Assembly: GCA_010909165.1 (NCBI GenBank)
Contig: MU008169.1
Location: 2,191,143 to 2,255,142, forward strand
Direction: 5' to 3'
From: Anthoceros angustus
Lineage: Eukaryota > Plantae > Anthocerotophyta
DNA length: 64,000 bases
Both the position numbers and the translations under genes were made by a program. The notes beneath the pieces were generated by a model. It was not told the DNA's origin and ran no database searches. It saw nothing but the letters and a program-made list of their open reading frames with translations. Shown piece after piece: positions 22,751 to 36,369 of the stretch. Position 1 is the first letter of the stretch. Every line of letters starts with the position of its first letter.

Positions 22751-25700
22751 TGGGCATAAAGTTTGGGCAACCAAACAAAAGGCCCAAGACAAACAAGTTT
22801 GATTTTTTTGGCTAGGAACGATTGAAGAGGAGCATGCCAAGAAATTTTCCGAGAATCTTGAAATGGAGTTGTAGGATATTGTTAGGAAGGCAAAAGGATA
22901 TCCCAGAAGAAACGGTCGAAACGACCCAGCGGCGGGAGGCGTCAGGTGGTAGTACTCCCGTAGGGCCCACGGGGTACGAGAAGGAAGGGACTACCGCGGT
23001 GGTGGCGGACTACCGTGGTAAACAAATCTCAAAAAAGGAAATTTAGAATAGAGGGGGATATCCACTATATATGCTCACCAATAGGGAATAAATATATAGA
23101 GTAATTAGAAGCGGTTAATTAGGATAGCAGATAGGAAAATAGGTAGTTTAGATAGAATTAGGATTTTGGAATGATGAACCCAATCTAGGGTTGCGGCCGT
23201 GGCGGACATCCAAAGGAGGGCAAAGTGCGGTTTGGGCTTCTCCATTAGAGAACAGAGCGAGCTGGCGTTGGAGCAAGCAAAAGGAAGGAAGCGCCATCGC
23301 GAGAACGCGCCATCGCCACGAGCAAGGGGGGAGGCGACCCCGAGAAGGAGACCCAAGCGGGCGGAGACCGGTGGAAGGAAAAGCGGAGTGCCGCAAGGAA
23401 GAACTCGCGCCGGGCACCGGAAGGGAAGTGTGAGCGAGCGCCAAGGAAACAACACACTGTGGTGAAATTGAAGGGGAGGCTTGCAGAATCGGTGGCGCCA
23501 CCACAAGAAGACAGGAGGTGGCGCAGGAAAAACTTGGGCAGGCTAACGTGTGCCGGTGAAGTGTGGTTGCTACCCCAAGGAGAAGTGTTTGGAAGAAAGC
23601 AAGCACCGATTGCTTGGATTGGGAAATTCCTTCCTTTCACTTGAAAGGAAGCACCATGCCTCGAGGAAAGGCAAGGGAAGGAGCCAGCAAAGGCTCTTCG
23701 CGAGAAGGAAGGAAAGAAGGTGAGCTACCGCCGAGGAGGTGAACTTTAATGCCCCAATTCACTTGCTTTGCAGCTCAACCCCGAGATTTGGTTGATTTTC
23801 GGCGAGGAGGAGGAGAACATCCAATGGGATGGGTGTATGGCCGCCAATGGGCCTACACCAATTTGGAATTGATTGAGGAGTGTTACATCAACCTCCATCA
23901 ATCGGAAGCGCCTGCCGCATAGGAGGAATGCTAGAACGGATCGCTGTTGGGACAAGAAGCATTCGGCAGTGTATGGGACCGGAGGAGGAGAGCTCGAATT
24001 GCTCTCTCGAAAGGTCGAATGGAGGGAAGAGGACATCCTCTCGACATCCGCAGAGTTCCTTGACATGATGGATGGAGGAGTGAAAGCCCACGCCAAGAAT
24101 GGCTGGAAGGAGCATCAAGGAGTCAAGTGGAGGCTCTTCGCAAAGATTGTGCTGGGGTTGGTAAATTACCAACGCACTTCTTATTTCAAAGACCAACTTC
24201 CTCCAATTTTGTGGAAGATTTCCATGGGAGCCAAGCCGGATTGGGGACTATCATGTATGAGGCCTACATCCACCAGAGAAGCTCCTCAAGCCAAATTCGT
24301 GGATGAGGAAGGGCCAAGCCATGCTTAGCACCTATTTGGTGCATTTGTGGGAAACCGAAGGACTTCTCACAAGCAAGGAACTTGAAGATGCATGGCATCC
24401 CTTTGAGGTCATCCACCTCCAGCCGAGGTTGGAAAGGCCTTTACCTTTTGCATTGTGCAAGACGGTGGGAGGTCAGACCTCCACAAGCATGCTAGAAGCA
24501 AGAGGAGAAGATGCGGAAGCAACAAGGTTGCCGGAGTGGGAATCTCTTCCCCCACAGGAGCAAGCAAGGGAGAAGTGTTTGAAGAGAAGTGAGCACTTTG
24601 GAAGAATTTCCTTCCTTTCACTTGAAAGGAAGGCCACCATGCCTCGAGGAAAGGCAAGGGAAGGAGCCAGCAAAGGCTCTTCCTCGCGAGAAGGAAGGAA
24701 AAAAAGGAGCGGGCTGCCGGAGAGGAGCTTCAATGCCTCAATTCACTTGCTTTGCAGCTCAACCCCGAGATTTGGTTGATTTTCGGCGGTGGGCGGAGGA
24801 GGAGAACATCCAACTAGGATGGGTGTATGGCCAATGGGCCTACACCAATTTGGAATTGATTGAGGAGTGTTACATCAACCTCCATCAATCGAGCGCCTTG
24901 CCGGAAGGAATGCTCGGATCCAGTTGGGACCAAGAAGCATTCGACGGTGTATGGAGACCGGAGGAGGAGAGCTCGAATTGCTCTCTCGAAAGGTCGAATG
25001 GAGGAAGAGGACATCCCTCTCGACATCCCGCAGGAGTTCCTTGACATGATGGATGGAGGAGTGAAAGCCCACGCCAAGAATGGTAAGGAGAGCATCAAGG
25101 AGTCAAGTGGAGGCTCTTCGCAAAGATTGTGCTGGGGTTGGTAAATTACGCACTTCTTATTTCAAAGACCAACTTCCTCCAATTTTGTGGAAGATTTCCA
25201 TGGGAGCCAAGCCGGATTGGGGACTATCATGTATGAGGCCTACATCCACCAGAGAAGCTCCTCAAGCCAAATTCGTGGATGAGGAAGGCCAAGCCATGCT
25301 TAGCACCTATTTGGTGCATTTATGGGAAACCGAGGGACTCTCACAAGCAAGGAGCTTGAAGATGCATGGCATCCCTTTGAGGTCATCCACCTCCACCGAG
25401 GTTGGAAAAGGCCTTTACCTTTGCATTGCGCAAGACGGTGGGAGGTCGACCTCCACAACATGCTAGAAGCAAGAGGAGAAGATGCGAGGCAACAAGGTTG
25501 CGAGTGGGAATCTCTTCCCCACAGAGCAAGCAAGGAGAGGAGCAAGAAGCCGAGGAAGGCCGAATGGTGGTCTATGAGAGAAGGACCACGGGGGTGACCC
25601 AGAGTGGGGAGTCCCCACCATCTCCTTTGTGCCTACGAGAGGCACCCCTGACTACGGTAGGGAGGCGCACCCAAGGGGTGGGCAGCCTACCGTGGTAGGC

Positions 25701-28700
25701 GCACCTACCATGGTAGGTAGGCGACACAGGGGGAGCATCACTGGTGGCCACCCCGCCGCAGCCCTGGCGGGGAAGGGAAGGAGAAGAAGGTGCCGCGAGC
25801 GGCGCCGAGGCCACCATCTCCGCCCGGTGGGAGGCGGATGGAGCGACAGTGAAGGGACCAGGCCCGATGGCCCGAGTGGGGAGAGCTGGAAATTTCCAGA
25901 AGAAGAGAGGGGTGAATTAGGACCCCTAGGAGAATTGGGAGCTTGTGAAGCACTCACCGTGGATTTGAAGGGGCTAGGGACCTAGCAGCCTCCTTGTGGG
26001 CATGCCAAGAGGAAGTGAAATCTCAAGACATGGCCGGAGGAAAGGCAGGACTAATGGCAATTGGAGGCCATGGAGTCCGATGAAAAGGCAGCCAAATTGG
26101 AAAAGGTCAGGAAGCTCCAACGACCTCATAGAACAAGCGGAGAAGGCCTAGAGGGGTTGTCGTCAAGAAAGAGCCATTCGCAACAACCCAAAAGGATTCT
26201 TGGAGGCAAAAGGCGGAAGAGCATTTTGCCCAATTAGAGCAAGAAAGGAAAAGCAAGGCGAGGCACTAGGAAGGAGAAGCAGCAACTCAGAATGGCCGCC
26301 ATGAGCAGTGATGGCTACTCAAGCATCAAAATCCGGATATGGAGAGGAGTTGAGAAGGACCCGGTTAATTTAAGAGAGAGCGCCGAGAAGCACAAGACCA
26401 AGAGCGGAGCGAAGGAATGCTTGGCAAGCGGAGAAGGAGAGCTTGCTCACGAACAAAGGAGGTCTCAGAGGAGGAGCGCCACAAGAAGGTGGTGCATAAT
26501 GCGTAGTGAGGAAGCGATTTTGGCGATTATGCCCTTCGTGCAAAATTGGCCAGCCACTAAAGGAAGTGAGGGAGGAGAATGTAACCTCCATGTGAAGGTG
26601 GGAGAATTAACCACCTCAAGAGATGCCTACAAGGTAGGTGAGGATGGAGAGTGGCCCACGGAGATTGATGATCTCCAAATGCAATATCACAACTTGGGGC
26701 TCACCTCCACAGATCTTGAAGGCCAACAATGAAGTCTTACGGTTGGCCAAGAGGAGGACATTGGGTCCTCATGATGATGATGAAGGAGCCGCAACAAGTG
26801 CAGCGAGGCCTCCGATTTTGATGAGGCCATCGAAATGGACTCAGGAATGAGGAGTCGAGGTGAAGGAGCACCGCAGGATGGGGAGGCGGAGAGCAAGGAG
26901 AGGGACAGCCCCCTCGGGGTCACCCTACCTGAGGTGACCACCCTACCACGGTAGTCCGCCGACTACCGTGGGGCCCACCTCCGGTAGTCCGCCGACTAGG
27001 GTGGGCAGCTACCGTAGGCCACTACCATGGTAGGTAGGCGATCACCGTGGATTTGAAGGGGCTAGGGACCTAGCAGCCTCCTTGTGGGCATGCCAAGAGG
27101 AGGAGTCCAACGCAAAAGGGCCCGGAGATGGAGGAAGGGAAGGAGAAGAAGGTGCCGCGAGCGAGGCCACCATCTCCGCTGGGTGGGAGAGCGGATGGAG
27201 CGACAGTGAAGGGACCCGCGCCGCCGCGCGATGGCCCGCGAAGTGGGAGAGCTGGAAATTTCCAGCAAGAAGACAGGAGGGGTGGAATTAGGACCCCTAG
27301 GAGAATTGCTGGGAGCTTGTGAAGCACTCAGCCCCGTGGATTTGAAGGGGCTAGGGACCTAGCAGCCTCCTTGTGGGCATGCCAAGAGGAAGTGAAATCT
27401 CAAGACATGGCCTAAGAAAGGCAGGACTAAGTGGCAATTGGAGGCCATGGAGTCCGATGAAAAGGCAGCCAAATTGGAAAAGGTCAGGAGAAGCTCCAAC
27501 GCGACCTCAGATGGGCGCACGGAGAAGCCCCGAGGGAAGTTGTCACAAGTCAAGAAAGAGCCATTCGGCAACAACCCAAAAGGATTCTTGGAGGCAAAAG
27601 GCGGAAGAGCATTTTGCCCAGCAAGAAAGGAAAAGCAAGGCGAGGCACTAGGAAAGGAGAAGCAACTCGCAAGTGGCCGCATGAGCAGTGATGGCTACTC
27701 AAGCTATCAAAATCCGGATATGGGAGAGGAGTTGAGAAGGACCCACAATTTGAAGAGGAGCGCAGCGAGAAGCACAAGACCAGTGTGAGTCGGAGCGAAG
27801 GAATGCTTGGCAAGCGGAGAAGGAGGGCTTGCCAAGCATGACTGGAACAAAGGAGGTCTCAGAGGAGGAGCGCCACAAGAAGGTGGTGTAATCGGGTAGA
27901 GGAAGCGATTTTGGCATATGCCCTTCGTGCAAAATTGGCCAGCCACTAAAGGAAGTGAGGGAGGAGAATGTAACCTCCATGTGAAGGTGGGAGAATTAAC
28001 CACCGCAAGAGATGCCTACAAGGTAGGTGAGGATGGAGAGTGGCCCACGGAGATTGATGATCTCCAAATGCAATATCACAACTTGGGGCTCACCTCCACA
28101 GATCTTGAAGGCCAACAACGAAGTCTTACGGTTGGCCAAGAGGAGGACATTGGGTCCTCATGATGATGAAGGAGCCGCAACAAGTGCAGAGGCCTCCGAT
28201 TTTGATGAGGCCATCGAAATGGACTCCGAGGAACTGAGGAGTCGAGGTGAAGGAGCACCGCGACGGTGATCGGGAGACGGCGCGAGAGCAAGGAGAGGGG
28301 ACACTCGGGGTCACCCTACCCCAGAGGTGACCACCCCACCACGGTAGTCCGCCAGACACCGTGGGGAACCACACCGTAGTCCGCTGATCACCGGTAGGGC
28401 TGGGCCCGGCACGAGCTTGTTGGGAGTTGGGACGAAGCCGAGATGGAGGAAGGCCGGGGTGCAATACCCCCGGAGGCGCAGGGGTGGTGGGAGAGACAAC
28501 CCCACCGGAGGAAACTAAGGACGGGTCCGACCCGTGAGGGGGAAGGGTGAGGAATCCCTTATCCCACGAGTAAGGGAGGAACCGGACCCGAGGAGGAGTC
28601 CAACGCAAAAGGGCCCGGAGATTAGGAAAATCCGCATGGTGGGCGATGGGGATGAAGGGTGCTCTATGATAGGTATGGACAAATCCAAAGGCAAGAGCAA

Positions 28701-31243
28701 TGAAGATCCCGACCCAAGAAACCCTCACCGAGGAGGAGTCCAACGCAAAAGGAAGGAAGAGAGTAGGGGCCGACTACCACGATGGTAGTCACCTACCCCG
28801 AGTCGCCGGACTACCTAGGTGCGAATAAACGATCGCGACAAGGCGCGAGATGGAGGAAGGAAGAACTTGCTGGTGGAGGCGGAGATGGAGGAGGAGGAGT
28901 CCAACGCAAAAGGGCCCGGAGATGGAGGAAGGGCAAGATTGTACTTGCCCCACACATTAGGAAGCGACAAGTGGGAAAGGCAAGAGCAAAAGGAGGGCGA
29001 GGGAGCCAATCCACCACGGACACGTCACCACCAGTAGGTGACTAGATATGGTCAAGGGCCATAAATGCTAGGTAGAAGAATAGGAAGGACGGTGATGTAA
29101 TCGACATCCTTCGAGGATAGACTTAGGTGAAGTTACTAGAATAGAATTTACCAAGAAGGACAATAGACTTAGGTGCCGGACATTAAATGTCGGTAGGAAA
29201 ATAATAGAATATTGGAAAAGGTGACTGCAGAGGGTCACCCAAGGGAGGTTGTATGTGGAAGGCCTCCTATAAGAGGAGGAGGATTTCACAAAGTAAAGTA
29301 TCATGTCTTGCGCCCACGCCACCGAGTCCTTTGCCATTACAGAGGAATTTCGTGTCCGTGAGCCAACACGTCTGGTAGAGAGGAAGTCGCGGTGGTGGTG
29401 TGGAGGACTTGCTCGCAAGTGCCTAAACGAGTTGCTCCCCTTGTGAATGGTTGCGTGAAATTGCTTTGCTTTGGGTGTGTGGCAAATGCCCAGAACTCTC
29501 GGCTTGAGGGTAGACTACAGGAAAGACTCCGGAGGTTCTCATTGTCGTGTCAAACTCATAGCAACCGCCCAAGGAAGAACTTGCTGGTGGAGGCGGACCC
29601 AGGCAGCAGTAAGGGAGGAACCGGACCCGAGGAGGAGTCCAACGCAAAAGGGCCCGGAGGGTAGGAAAATCCGCATGGTGGGCGATGGGGATGAAGGGTG
29701 CTCTATGATAGGTATGGACAAATCAAAAGGCAAGAGCAATGAAGATCCCGACCCAAGAAACCCTCACCGAGGAGGAGGAAGGAAGAACTTGCTGGTGGAG
29801 GCCGACTACCACGATGGTAGTCACCCCAGTGCCTACCGCCTAGGTGCGAATAAACGGCGCGAGGCGGCGGAGATGGAGGAAGGCGCCTAGGTGCGGGCGG
29901 GAAGGGCAAGAGCAAAAGGAGGGCGAGGAATCGCCGCCCGGAGATGGAGGAAGGGCAAGATTGTACTTGCCCACACATTAGGAAGCGACAAGGCGGGAAG
30001 GGCAAGAGCAAAAGGAGGGCGAGGGAGCCAATCCACCACGGACACGTCCCTAGGTGAAGACTAGATATGGTCAAGGGCCATAAATGCTAGGTAGAAGAAT
30101 AGGAAGGACGGTGATGTAATCGACATCCTTCGAGGATAGACTTAGGTGAAGTTACTAGAATAGAATTTACCAAGAAGGACAATAGACTTAGGTGCCGGAC
30201 ATTAAATCTGTAGGAAAATAATAGAATATTGGAAAAGGTGACTGCAGAGGGTCACCCAAGGGAGGTTGTATGTGGAAGGCCTCCTATAAGAGGAGGAGGA
30301 TTTCACAAAGTAAAGTATCATGTCTTGCGCACGCTCAGTCCTTTGCCATTACAGAGGAATTTCGTCTGTGAGCCAACACTCTCGTAGAGAGGAAGTCGCG
30401 GTGGTCGGAGTGCTTGGTGGAGGACTTGCTCGCAAGTGCCTAAACGAGTTGCTCCCCTTGTGAATGGTTGCGTGAAATTGCTTTGCTTTGGGTGTGTGGC
30501 AAATGCCCAGAACTCTCGGCTTGAGGGTAGACTACAGGAAAGACTCCCGGAGGTTCTCGCCGTCCGTGTCAAACTCATAGCAACCGCCCAAGGAAGAACT
30601 TGCTGGTGGAGGCGGACCTGCGGTTGTGCCGTGGGGCGAGTCGAAACCAAGAAGCCCGAATCGAGGTTAGAATAGGAGGAAGAGGATGAGGAGATGAGAA
30701 GATGAGTAGAGGATTAGAGGTGTAGGTGTTAGTGGAAGGAAGGCAGAGCCTAAGGGACGAATCCCAACTGCAAGTAAAGAGCGCTCCCGAGTGGAGAAGA
30801 GTGGTCTTAGAAGTAGGGACGAATCGTGTGAACTGGGGTCCCCGGCGCCCGTGGTAGGCTCTTCGAGGCGGGACCTGCAATTGTGTTGTGTCGTTGTAGG
30901 TCAAGTTTGGTCTTAGAAGTAGGGACGAAATCGTGAACTGGGGTCCCCGGCGCCCGTGGTAGGCTCCTTCCGAGGCGGGACCGCAATTGTGTTGTGTCGT
31001 TGGGTCGAGGTTGGCGATTTTTCAAGCCGGTGCAAGTGGTGCACGTGAGAGGGAGAGTAGAGGCGCCTTGCTTGTTGAGAAGGGACCGAGGGTCACCATG
31101 TGTTGTGAGGAAGCGATTGGTGATCACAAGGCCTCGAACTTTCACACAAGTCTCATGGGACGAAACCCAACGTCTGGCGACTGGGATAAGTGTGGCCGCT
31201 ATAGTGGGAGGACCCGGGAGTGCCCCGGATTCTCCCTACCACA
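22751..31243 (+). repeat. Family B 5' LTR (8.5 kb as assembled, ~5 kb non-redundant)
   Basis: Start (AAAGTTTGGGCAACC...) matches the sequence after the PPT at 42404; end TCTCCCTACCACA matches 51181-51193 and is followed by a PBS. Internal tandem duplications at 23580-25560, 25900-28400 and 28500-30600. Confidence 0.85.
23656..26900 (+). pseudogene. Accessory ORF inside the family B 5' LTR (core duplicated; frameshifted)
   Basis: Candidate start MPRGK at 23656 (GCCACCATG context in the copy at 24639); GWVYGRQWAYTNLELIEECYINL (~23830-23895); KWRLFAKIVLGLVNYQRTSYFKDQLPPILWKISMGAKPDWG (24125-24247); YLSTYLVHLWETEG; charged tail HFAQLEQERKSK. Confidence 0.62.
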
Positions 31244-31262
31244 TTTTTGGCGCTGTCGGGAC
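31244..31262 (+). promoter_or_regulatory. Primer-binding site of element B (tRNA-Asp-like)
   Basis: TTTTTGGCGCTGTCGGGAC directly after ...CTACCACA. Confidence 0.75.
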
Positions 31263-31436
31263 TTGTTGTTGAAAGGTTGAAGTTTTGTGGTTTCCATCGC
31301 TAGGGTAGCAAGCTTGAGGGTCGACCATGTGTTGTGAGGAAGGAGCTTCACGACCTTTAGTTGTCATCGGGGTGAATGGTTGAGACACTAGAGGGGTGTG
31401 GTTTGCTTCCTTCTTAACGACTGTGGGTTGGAGGAC

Positions 31437-34400
31437 ATGAGGATGGTTGCAGATGTCCGACAGGGGTCGATCTAGGGGATACACGCGAAGGTCACCACCA
31501 CACCGCAAGAGATTTACGAGCCTTAAGAAATCGGAAGAGACCGCTGCCGCTACTCGAGGCGGGAGGAAGTAGAGTTACGAGCGACGTGGAAGAAGTCGCG
31601 GTGGTCGGAGGAGGAGGAGGAGGAGAAGAAGAAGAGGATGAGGAAGAGGCGAGATCACCGCAGAGGAAGGAGGTCGTAGAAGAGAAGCTGGTGACCAGTG
31701 ACGAGGAAGGGTCGCGCTCCTCCGAGCACGAGTTACCGTCCACGACCGTCGCGGAACGCCCGCGACGTTTTGCTTCTCAAAGCGGTGACACCACCTCATC
31801 TCCCAGCGAGACCGACAGTGACGACGAGGTCGTCAGTAGCGGGGAATTTCAGGCTTGGTCGGAGGATTTGGCGGAACGACTCGATCGAATCGCTGGTCAG
31901 ATTGATCTTTTGGGACGAACTAGAGGGGAGGTCGCTACTCCTCAAGGATCCCGATTTGTTTCCTGTTACCCGGAGGAGTGTTGGTCCAGTGGACACTCGA
32001 GCAACATGAGTGGAGTTGGTGGAGGAGGAGGACCGCCAACTTCATAGTCGCCATACGCCAAATTCGAGAAGAAGAAGGGAGATGACGCGAGGCGCTTTAA
32101 GAACTTTGAGCATGTCTCCCATGCTAACTTGGAGGATGGAGCCGATCGACTCGCATCTTTCCGGGCTGAGAGGGCATGCACATGGTATGGTCGCACCTAT
32201 AATTCGGTCGCGATTGGGAAGCTCTCAAAGCGCCTTCTTGAATCGGTTCGAGGGCTCACTATGCACACCACACTTTAGCAAAGTTGAGACCCTCAGGAAG
32301 AAACGAGAATCTTTGTTTGATTATGTGGAGAGGTTTTACGGATATCCGGATCGAGTTCAAATGTGCACCCGAGACCCGGAGATCCACCACCTGGTACTCA
32401 CAAGAGCAAGCGCTGGATTGGTTTGTGAGTGGCTTGTCTCGGAAAATGGAGGTACACTGCAGACGTGGGACGAAGACGTTGGCAGGGGCCCTCCGCTTGG
32501 CTGAGGAATGGGAGTCCGCCGAGTTAGGGAGGAGAAGAAAGAAGAGGCGAAGTCATAAGAAGAGGAAAGGATCGAGAAGATCTAGCTCCTCGTCTTCCGC
32601 CACCTCCTCCAGCTCGTCACCCTCGTCCTCATCAGGAAGCGAGGATAGCGGAACTCAGGAAAGCTCCACATCGGATGAAGAATCAGGGAAGGCCTACGAA
32701 CGGCGAATAAAGAAGGACCCGGAGAAGGTCAAACGAAGGCGAAGTCATAAGAAGAGGCGAAGTCATAAGAAGAGGAAGGAAGGGAAGACGGTCCGTCGGA
32801 TGGAGGAGGAGGAAGGACCCCTAGAGAATTGCTGGAGCTTGTGAAGCACTCACTGCTGGATTTGAAGGGGCTAGGGACCCAGCAGCCTCCTTGTGGGCAT
32901 GCCAAGAGGAAGTGAAATCTCAAGACATGGCCAAGAGGAGGAGGAGGAGGAAGAGGCGAAGGCCGAGGAATGGGAGTCCGATGAAAAGGCCAAATTGGAA
33001 AAGGTCAGGAGAAGCTCCACATCGGATGAGGAAGGAGAAGCAAGGAGGAAGTTGTCACAAGTCAAGAAAGAGCCATTCGGCAACAACCCAAAAGGATTCT
33101 TGGAGGCAAAAGGAAGAGCATTTTGCCCAATTAGAGCAAGAAAGGAAGAAGAGGAAGTGAGGGAGGAGGCAAGGCCCAACTCAAAGAAGTGGCCGACATG
33201 AGCAGTGATGGCTACTCAAGCATCAAAATCCGGATATGGGAGAGGAGTTGAGAAGGACCCGGAGAAGGAGAGGAAGGAGGTCGAGAAGAGAAGCACAAGA
33301 CAGGAGTCGGAGCGAAAAGGAATGCTTGGCAAGAAAGGAGGGCTTGCCAAAATTAGGACTGGAACAAAGGAGGTCTGGAGGAGGAGCGCCACAAGAAGGT
33401 GGTGCATGAATGCCGGTAGTGAGGAAGCGATTTTGGCATGCCCTTCGTGCAAAATTGGCCACCAAAGGAAGTGAGGGAGGAGAATGTAACCTCCATGTGA
33501 AGGTGGGAGAATTAACCACCAAGAGATGCCTACAAGGGTAGGTGAGGATGGAGAAGGGACCGAGGGTCGACCATGTGTTGTGAGGAAGGAGCTTCACGAC
33601 CTTTAGTTGTCATCGGGGTGAATGGTTGAGACACTAGAGGGGTGTGGTTTGCTTCCTTCTTAACGACTGTGGGTTGGAGGACATGAGGATGGTTGCAGAT
33701 GTCAGACAGGGGTCGATCTAGGGGGGATACACGCGGAAGGTCACCACCGCCTGTCACTGCAAGAGATTTACGAGCCTTGCGAAGAAATCAGCTCAGGGAA
33801 GAGACCGCCGCTGTCGCTACTCGAGGGCAGCGGGAGGAAGTAGAGTTACGAGCGGACGTGGAAGAAGTCGCCTTGACCTCGGAAGGCGGAGACGGAGGTG
33901 CGGAACGACAGACTGAAAAGTGGAGGAGGAAGAGGCGGAGATCACCGACAGCGAGAGGAAGGAGGTCGTAGAAGAGAAGCTGGTGACCAGTGACGAGGAA
34001 GGGTCGCGCTCCTCCGAGCACGAGTTAAATCCACGCCGAACGCCACGCTTTGCTTCTCAAAGCGGTGACACCACCTCATCTCCCAAGCCGAGGAAGGGAA
34101 GACGGTCCGTCGGATGGAGGAGGAGGAGGAGGATTTGGAACGACTCGATCGAATCGCTGGTCGATTGATCTTTGGGACGAACTAGAGGGAGGTCGCTACT
34201 CCTCAAGGATCCCGATTTGTTTCCATTACCCCGGCGAGGAGTGTTGGTCCAGCGTGGACACTCGAGCAACATGAGTGGAGTTGGTGGAGGAGGAGGACCT
34301 AACTTCATAGTCGCCCGTCAAATTCGAGAAGAAGAAGGGAGATGACGAGGCGTTTAAGAACTTTGAGCATGTCTCCCATGCTAACTTGGAGGATGGAGCC

Positions 34401-35700
34401 GATCGACTCGCATCTTTCCGGGGCTGAGAGGGCATGCACTGCGGTGGTCGCACCTATAATTCGGTGTCGCCGGATTGGGAAGCTCTCAAAGCATTGAATC
34501 GGTTCGAGGGCTCATGCACACCACACTTTAGCAAAGCTGAGGACCCTTCGTAGGAAGAAACGAGAATCTTTGTTTGATTATGTGGAGAGGTTTTACGGGT
34601 ATCTGGATCGAGTTCCGAAATGTGCACCCGAGAGACCAGGGGATCCACCTACCTCTGGGTACTCACAAGAGCAAGCGCTGGATTGGTTTGTGAGCGGCTT
34701 GTCTCGGAAAATGGAGGTACACTGCAGACGTGGGACGAAGACGTTGGCAGGGGCCCTCCGCTTGGCTGAGGAATGGGAGTCCGCCGAGTTAGGGAGGAGA
34801 AGAAAGAAGAGGCGAAGTCATAAGAAGAGGAAAGGAACGAGAAGATCTAGCTCCTCGTCTTCCGCCACCTCCTCCAGCTCGTCACCCTCGTCCTCATCAG
34901 AAAGCGAGGATAGCGGAACTCAAGAAAGCTCCACATCGGATGAGGAATCAGAAAAGGCCTACGAACGGCGAATAAAGAAGGACCTGGAGAAGGTCAAACG
35001 AAGGCGGAAGCGGGCAGCGGAGAAGGAGAGGAAGGGAAGACGGTCCGTCGGATGGAGGAGGAGAAACGTCTGCAGCGGAGGAGGATTGCGGACAAGTGGA
35101 GGCTTTGACCAAGATTGACCGAGTTAGAGGTCAAAGGCGTGAAGAATCAAGCTCCACGAAGATCTCCTCACCGGCAGCTTGGTGTATTGCTCAATTTGTC
35201 ATCAAGCGGGACACACCAACCGAATGTATTCGCACCACGACATGCGGTAAACCATGTGGAAACCGTCATGCCGGGGGACTATTGGTATGTGGATGAAGCT
35301 TATCAGGTGCAAGCGGTCACTGGGAGTCGGCCACCTCAATCCATGAGGGCGACTTACCAACCGACTACACCAGTCCCCTCGAGGTATGGATCGCGACCGA
35401 CATCGCCAGGACCATGGAGACCAGATCCATCGCAGAGGCCGATGGCGATTCCACAGGGGTGTTGTTACAATTGCGGAGCACCAGGTCACTACTCAAATGA
35501 ATGTCCAGAACCACGAAAACAAGTGGGCTATGTACCCTTTTGTCAAGTCTGCAAGGAATTAGGACATAAAATGGGGGATCCCAGGTGCTCGGGTGTGGCG
35601 CGAGTGGCACCCGAGATTGAGGTTGAAATTGCGGGTGTTTGGTGGAGGCGGAGGCAAGGCCCAACTCAAACCGCGATCACGTGACCACGACACGGTCAAG
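31437..35700 (+). pseudogene. gag: gag of element B (first ~1.4 kb duplicated, with an interleaved LTR-derived block at ~32815-33550)
   Basis: Gag-core motifs ESLFDYVERFYG and QALDWFVSGL (32300-32460, 34560-34720); knuckles CYNCGAPGHYSNEC and CQVCKELGH at ~35462-35570. Confidence 0.82.
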
Positions 35701-36369
35701 GTGGAGGCGGAGTATGATTCCTCGACGGATCCAGTGACATCGTGGATCGTGGAAGAGGGGTATGAAGGAGATGAGTGCGGATGAAGGATTGATGGTGGCC
35801 AAGGTGACCACCGGATCAAGCGGAGAAAGGCCGAGGAAGGGAAGACGGTCCGTCGGATGGAGGAGGAGAAGAAAGAAGGACCCGGAGAAGGTGAGGGACG
35901 ACTCACCGGCCTCCAGAGGCGCAAGCGCGTGAGGAGGAGGAGGGAGGCCCACCCCAAAGTAGACTTCCGCACCCGGTGGGGCGGCGAAGGGGCCAAGGAG
36001 AGGAGGAACGAACCACGCTTCCTCCCGACATCGCCGAGAAGTAGCGTCGGAAGATGAGCTAAACAGCTCACCCGATGGAAAGGCCGAGGAATGGGAGTCC
36101 GCCGAGTTAGGGAGGAACCGGACCCGAGGAGGAGGACATTGGGTCCCAACCGATAGGAGGGATCATGGAATCGAAGCTTTACCAATAAGGTCGGAGTCGA
36201 CTCAGTGCAAGCGGGAGGAAACCTTGTCGATAAAATCTCCGAAGCTACTTGACCGCGAATTTGTGGTCACAGCTTGCTATGCGGTGAGTCCGAGATCCCG
36301 CAAAATTGTGAAGGAGGCGATCGGGGAATCCACAAGCGGTAGGAGGAGAAAGCGGCGGCGGAGGTAAAT

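Noticed and set aside
23656-26900. env-like gene
   Set aside because: No signal peptide or transmembrane-length hydrophobic segment is visible in the reconstructed fragments.
22751-31243. 8.5-kb LTR as a record length
   Set aside because: About 3.5 kb is internal tandem duplication joined at microhomologies and arranged differently in the 3' LTR; the non-redundant length is about 5 kb.
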